DNA of 64,000 nucleotides from Azolla caroliniana (lineage: Eukaryota > Plantae > Polypodiophyta). The first letter of the stretch is position 1, and each line of letters opens with the position of its first letter. The DNA lies in assembly GCA_043228905.1 (NCBI GenBank), contig JBHGNT010000002.1:13330001-13394000 (forward strand), given 5' to 3'. The notes beneath the pieces were generated by a model. The model searched no databases, was not told where the DNA came from, and saw nothing but the letters and a program-made list of their open reading frames with translations. The position numbers and the translations under genes were made by a program. Positions 58,745-64,000 of this stretch are shown here, one piece after another.

Positions 58745-61700
58745 ATGACTAGACCAACGCACGACCTGGTTACATACCGAGCTCGACGCCTCGCCGAACG
58801 GCAAAGACGGCGTGAGACTTTCCAGCAAGCAGCGCACGAAATTCGCTCGGATCGTTCGTTCTCCAACGAGATCCGGAGAGTCGCGGAGGAATCTCTTCGG
58901 TTACAGCAAACTCGCGACCAGGACGACGGAAGCGGTCTAAGTAGTCTCCGGGAAACCGAACGCCTCCTCGAGGCGCTGGCAAGCGGACAAAACGAGGCAG
59001 AAGCCTTTTCAGCCTACGAATCGGATTCCGAAGGGGGATACAGCGTGCACACGAACTACCGGAGCAGCAACAATACCCCCGACGGCCCGGAGGACGACGG
59101 GTCGGATACCGTGCCGACTCCAGAACCGGAACTGTTCGACCAGGGCTATCCGGAACCGCAAACGGAAGCCGTCAACCCACCAACACCGGAAGTGGAAGAA
59201 GCAAAGCCACCGACACCAACGAAAGAGCCGGCGAAGGTACCGGAAGAAGAGCCGGTGAAGGAACCGGAAAAAGAACCGGAAAAAGCACCGGCAAAAGAAC
59301 CGGAAGTGGAACCGGAGAGAAAACCGGAAAGATATCAACAAACGCCACTAATACTGGACGACGACATGCCGTTCCAATACTCAAAGTATCGCGATGATCC
59401 GGACGCGGAAGCGCATGTTCATGCCTTCGAGCAGACATGGGAAGCAAATCACGCATCCCAGTGAATGACACCGGAGGAAGAAGAACGCTCGAAGATAGCG
59501 GAATTCGGGGTCACATTGGAAGGACCAGCGACACGATGGCGGCGGACGCAGGACCCGGCGACCATCATAACCTTTGCAGAATTAAAAGCAAAATTCTTGC
59601 ATTTTTTCCACAAGGAGGTCGACCAGACGACAATGGTGGGCCTGTTTTATACGATCCAACAGGAGGCAGGGGAAAGCATTCCCCAATTCGTCATCCGTTT
59701 CCAACGAATGCATAGCCAGCTTGCCCGTGCACCCCCGGAGGAGGAATTACGGACGATATTTTTAAACGCACTCCGGGAACCGTTACGCACGGTGTGTAGG
59801 TAATCGACTTTCGAGGAAGCACCATTGACCAGGTCATTGACCGGGTCAGAGAAATGGAAAAGTCAAGCTCATGGCTTACACTGGGAACACTGCAACGGGC
59901 ATTACCCACCGATGAAGATCTCCGGTTCCGGCAGGCAATTCAATGCACAATCTGCTTGAATGCCGGACACTCGGCAGTGGAGTGCACCATGCGAACCCAG
60001 TGTGTGATTTGTCAATCCAAGAGTCATACAACGGACCGGAGCGAGTATAACCTGTTAAACCGACAAGCACCACCCGTCCGACGGATCGAGCCAAGAAGCA
60101 GCCGAGACGAAGATGACGATCGTTGGCAAAGAATGAACCGGTACCGACCGGCACAGGATGTTCGGTACGGAGACAGACAAGAGAATGATGGCCGGTATGG
60201 GGATCGGCATGATAACTATGACCGGTATGAGCGATCGGACCGTTATCGGGAGTCCAACAGACGACACGAGCAATACGACAGAGACCATTCCCCTGGTTAC
60301 TGAAGGCACCAGGAGGACTACGGCCGATTTTACGATCCACCACGACCGGACTACCGAAATAAAAATAAGAATAATAAGAAACGTAATTTCAAGAAAGGTG
60401 GTCACACTAGGGACCCGGAACATGGAACCCCAAGGAGCCAACCGGCACAGAACGCACCACTCACTACGGGACCGACTCCGACTACCAGCAATGCTGAATC
60501 CAGCAATACCCGTAAAGAGTACTGCTACTATTGCAAGCAGGAAGGCCACTACAGTAACCAGTGCCCGGCAAAGAGCTACGATAAACGACCAACAGTTAAT
60601 ATGGTGGTTCCGGAAGTGGCGGATGTACAGCAAGTAACCACACGGTCGAAAGGCATGGCCAAAGAGTGGGAAACACAAGAGGCCATACGAAAACAGGCGA
60701 CGGAATGGGTGAAGGAAGCCAATGAAAGGAACGTCGCGGACGCGGAACAGCAAAAGGCGAATACCATAGGGAGTGTCGGCGGTAGCCACGCAGAAAACGA
60801 GACATGGCAAGCACTGCAAGAATGTCAGATCACGTTGCCATTAGGAAGACTCTTGCAGCTCGTGCCGCGATTTACGGAAGGACTAAAAACAGTCATGACA
60901 GACGGTATAGCCCCACCGGCACCAGTCCTCTTCTCGAATCCGGAGGAGGGACCGACGGTGGTGGACACTAGTAGTCCGGTGATTACAGCTATTGTCAAAG
61001 GGCACGAACTTCCCGGCACAGTAATCTATGGAGGTTCCGGGGTGAACGTAATAAGCCTCCGCACGTGTGATTCCTTGGGTATACATGAATGGGAGCCATG
61101 TCCGTTCTGGCTACGGATGGCGGATACGAGCTCTGTACAGCCGACGGGCATAATACGGAAATTGGAAGTCACCATAGGAGGTCACACATTTCACATCTCG
61201 GCTGTAGTGCTGTAGCTACAGGCGCAAGGCGCGTACCCACTGTTGCTGGGGCAGACCATGGTTGAAAACAGCACACATCAAGCAAAATTGGCGGAAAAAT
61301 ATGATTACCTTCCGGCGCGGAAAAGCCAAGGTCCGGGTACCGACCCAACCACGGACGAGCAACGGTAAGGAATGCACACCGCTGTATGCGGAATGCCTGA
61401 ACATGCTTGAAGGGTTGGCGGACGACGAAGAAGCCCAGTACTTGGAGGAACACCCGAAGATCGTACCACTCTTCGAGATTGACGTAGCTGAAGCCGTAGC
61501 GCCATACTTGCCGCAGCGGGACGAAACCGAAGCCGAACCAGACAAAGATGCGATTCAGGAATTACGGCAAGCACAGGAAGCGTTGGAACGGGAAATGGCC
61601 GTTTCCCAACGGGTAAAAACATCCCAGCTCGACGAAGTGAACCTAGGAAGCAAAGACGAATCAAAGCCGGTACACATCGCCAAAGAAATGAAGCCGGAAG

Positions 61701-63082
61701 ATAAAGCGGCGATGATCAAACTTCTCACGGAGTTTCGCGACGTATTCGCCTGGTCATACGAAGACATGCGAGGGCTGGACCCTCAATTATATCAGCATCA
61801 GATCCACTTAGGCAAGGACGCGAAACCAGTGGCGCAAAGAAATTACCGAATGAACCCCAACTACGCCGCGAAAGTGAAGGAGGAAATCGACAAACTCCTA
61901 AGAGTGGGCTTCATCCGGCCGGTAAAGAAAGCGACGTGGCTGAGCCCCATCGTCGTCGTCCCAAAGAAGAACGGTAAAATCCGCGTGTGTGTAGATTACA
62001 GGAAACTAAATGCAGCCACAATTACGGATGCATTCCCTCTTCCGTTCACGGATGGAGTACTGGATGCCGTCGCCGGCCATGAAGTTTATAGCTTTTTAGA
62101 CGGGTTCAACGGATACAATCAAATCCGGATGCACCCTGACGACCAGGAGAAGACAGCGTTCGTCACCGAATGAGGGGTGTTTGTGGCCGTAGTAATGATG
62201 TTCGGACTAAAAACGGCACCAACAACTTTCCAGCGAATCATCATGGAGATCTTCGGCGAATACATTCCAGCCTTCATGCAGGTTTTCCTGGATGACTTTG
62301 CCGTCTATAGCCGGGAAAAAGACCATTTGCAGTACCTACGGTTATGCCTTGAAAAGTGTAGGTTATACCGGCTAAGCTTAAACCCAGCAAAATGCATCTT
62401 TGGGGTGTCAAGTGGAATCTTACTGGGACACATTGTAAGTAAGGAGGGCATTGCGGTCGACCCGGACAAAGTAAACGCGATACTAGGGGCACCGGCGCCG
62501 AAAACGGCCAAAGCACTAAGCCGATTCTTAGGACAGATCCGGTGGCACAGCCGGATGCTCCGTCACTTGGCTGACTTGGCTACACCATTACACACCGCGG
62601 TACATCGGACACCGTTCCAATGGACAGATATGGAGGATAAGGCATACAATGCCCTGAAGGTACTTTTGTCGCAAGCACCCGTCGTGCAGCCTCCGGATTG
62701 GAGCAGGGAATTTCATGTGTTCGTTGACGCTTCCGACATCGCTATCGGCAGCGCCTTAATGCAACTTACGGAGCCTAAATGGTACCGGCCGGTATATTAC
62801 GCCAGCCGGAAGCTGTCCCAAGCGGAGAAGAACTATTCGACGACGGAACGGGAGGTCCTGGGCATGATCTACAGTGTCACAAAGTTTCGGCATTACCTAT
62901 TGGGAAGGAAGTTCTATAAAGGACCGATGCCAAGTAACCCGTTTATGCAGCCCACCGGCACTATACCGGGAACGGTACGGATGGAAGAAAAAGACGACGG
63001 GGAACCCATAGCAGAGGCGAAGGAAGACACGGCAACCCGTAAGGAAAACGGTAAGGGTCCGAAGGGACCTACGGATGTGTAA
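58745..63082 (+). pseudogene. Disrupted gag-pol lacking integrase
   Basis: ORFs 58745-59464, 59465-59803, 59854-60303 (CTICLNAGHSAVEC), 60601-61215, 61262-62173 and 62177-63082. Confidence 0.9.
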
Positions 63083-63102
63083 GATCACATACCGTCATTA
63101 AA

Positions 63103-63134
<32 letters not shown>

Positions 63135-63472
63135 AGAAAAAGAAATCATTAAAAATCGAGGTATGAACGGACGTGAAAGCAAGGAGCGAAAAGGTACGTA
63201 GTGGGCATTTAAGAGCCGCCACATCACTTAATACTAATTTGGTACACGACGTGCGCATGCTCGAAAAAGGCGCCAAGACGCACAGAGAAAAAGCAGAACG
63301 CATGGAGACCTTTTCATTTCGCGAGCCAAGAAGCACAGAAGCACCAAGGCGGTGGAAGCTTAGCAAACGCGAACTTGCACTCAGAGAACCCCCACGTTCG
63401 GAACTCTCTCTCTCTCGCTCTCACTCTCATCACCACTCTACCTCGCCATCTTTCCTCGACCTCGAAGCAGAC

Positions 63473-64000
63473 ATGGACCCACAAACGCCGTCGGAAGCGG
63501 CCAGGAAATGGCTCGGGCAACACGGACTGGATGGGTTCTTGACAATCATGGAGGCACCACCGCACAAAGAAGCCGACCAGGTCATCAAGGAGCTCGACAA
63601 AGAAGTCATCACCGAGGAAGCAATCCGTGCGCTAATAGGCCTTCCGGAGGGAGGTATTTTTCAGATCGATAACCCAACCTCGGAGCAACTCATCCGATAT
63701 TTCGGTGAGTACTCTGTAGCCGACAAAGGCTATCGAACGCAGGGCGGCGAAGATCCGCTATTCAGGGAGATAGCTCGAGTGCTCCATGAGTACGGCCACG
63801 TGTACCCCCGACCCCCTGTCATGCCAAAAAATCGGGCAGGGATGATCATAGCCACCTATGAAGGGATCAAGGTGGATTGGCCGGTGTTGATTGCAGAGGG
63901 TTTGTGCGCGGCAATCGACACAGTACGAGGAAAGGACGGCAAGGAGGGCCGGAAGCTGTGGCATGCCGTAGCTCAGTGGATAACATTGCTCGCGCCGCCG
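63473..64000 (+). CDS. Extra 3' ORF of the Athila-like element, 5' part, open to the window end (not in the ORF track)
   Basis: Translated by hand, 176 codons without a stop: MDPQTPSEAARKWLGQHGLDGFL...ITEEAIRALIGLPEGG...MPKNRAGMIIATYEGIKVDWPVLI...AVAQWITLLAPP. Confidence 0.75.
   Translation, partial: MDPQTPSEAARKWLGQHGLDGFLTIMEAPPHKEADQVIKELDKEVITEEAIRALIGLPEGGIFQIDNPTSEQLIRYFGEYSVADKGYRTQGGEDPLFREIARVLHEYGHVYPRPPVMPKNRAGMIIATYEGIKVDWPVLIAEGLCAAIDTVRGKDGKEGRKLWHAVAQWITLLAPP

Larger units (their letters stand above)
58273..64000 (+). mobile_element. Athila-like Ty3/gypsy element, integrase deleted, running off the window; 5' LTR 58273-58691
   Basis: TGTTA...TAACA LTR, then tggcgaccac (tRNA-Arg-type PBS), gag, protease, RT (FLDGFNGYNQI, FLDDF), RNase H (VDASD) and an extra ORF. 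Confidence 0.88.

Overview
Repeat-rich nuclear DNA from a land plant, probably a fern or other seed-free plant (inferred from the mix of retrotransposon lineages). About 85-90% is nested LTR retrotransposons: at least four Ty1/copia families and at least four Ty3/gypsy families (two chromoviruses, a tRNA-Trp-primed non-chromovirus and an Athila-like family with an extra ORF), plus solo LTRs and a hAT transposase remnant. One gypsy element (21264-29264, minus) looks intact and very young. The only convincing host gene is a 3-exon standalone ZnF-UBP (HDAC6-type BUZ) protein at 44007-44763. Most notable: (i) the tRNA-Trp-primed gypsy lineage sits at 4-bp NCGN target sites at all four scorable insertions; (ii) the intact copy carries two antisense tRNA-spaced Pol III A/B-box modules in each LTR; (iii) three copia families share a duplicated polypurine tract; (iv) the Athila-like family has an accessory ORF behind a splice acceptor; (v) there are many microhomology deletions, captures and chimeric ORFs. 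Coordinates were read by eye and may be off by a few bases.
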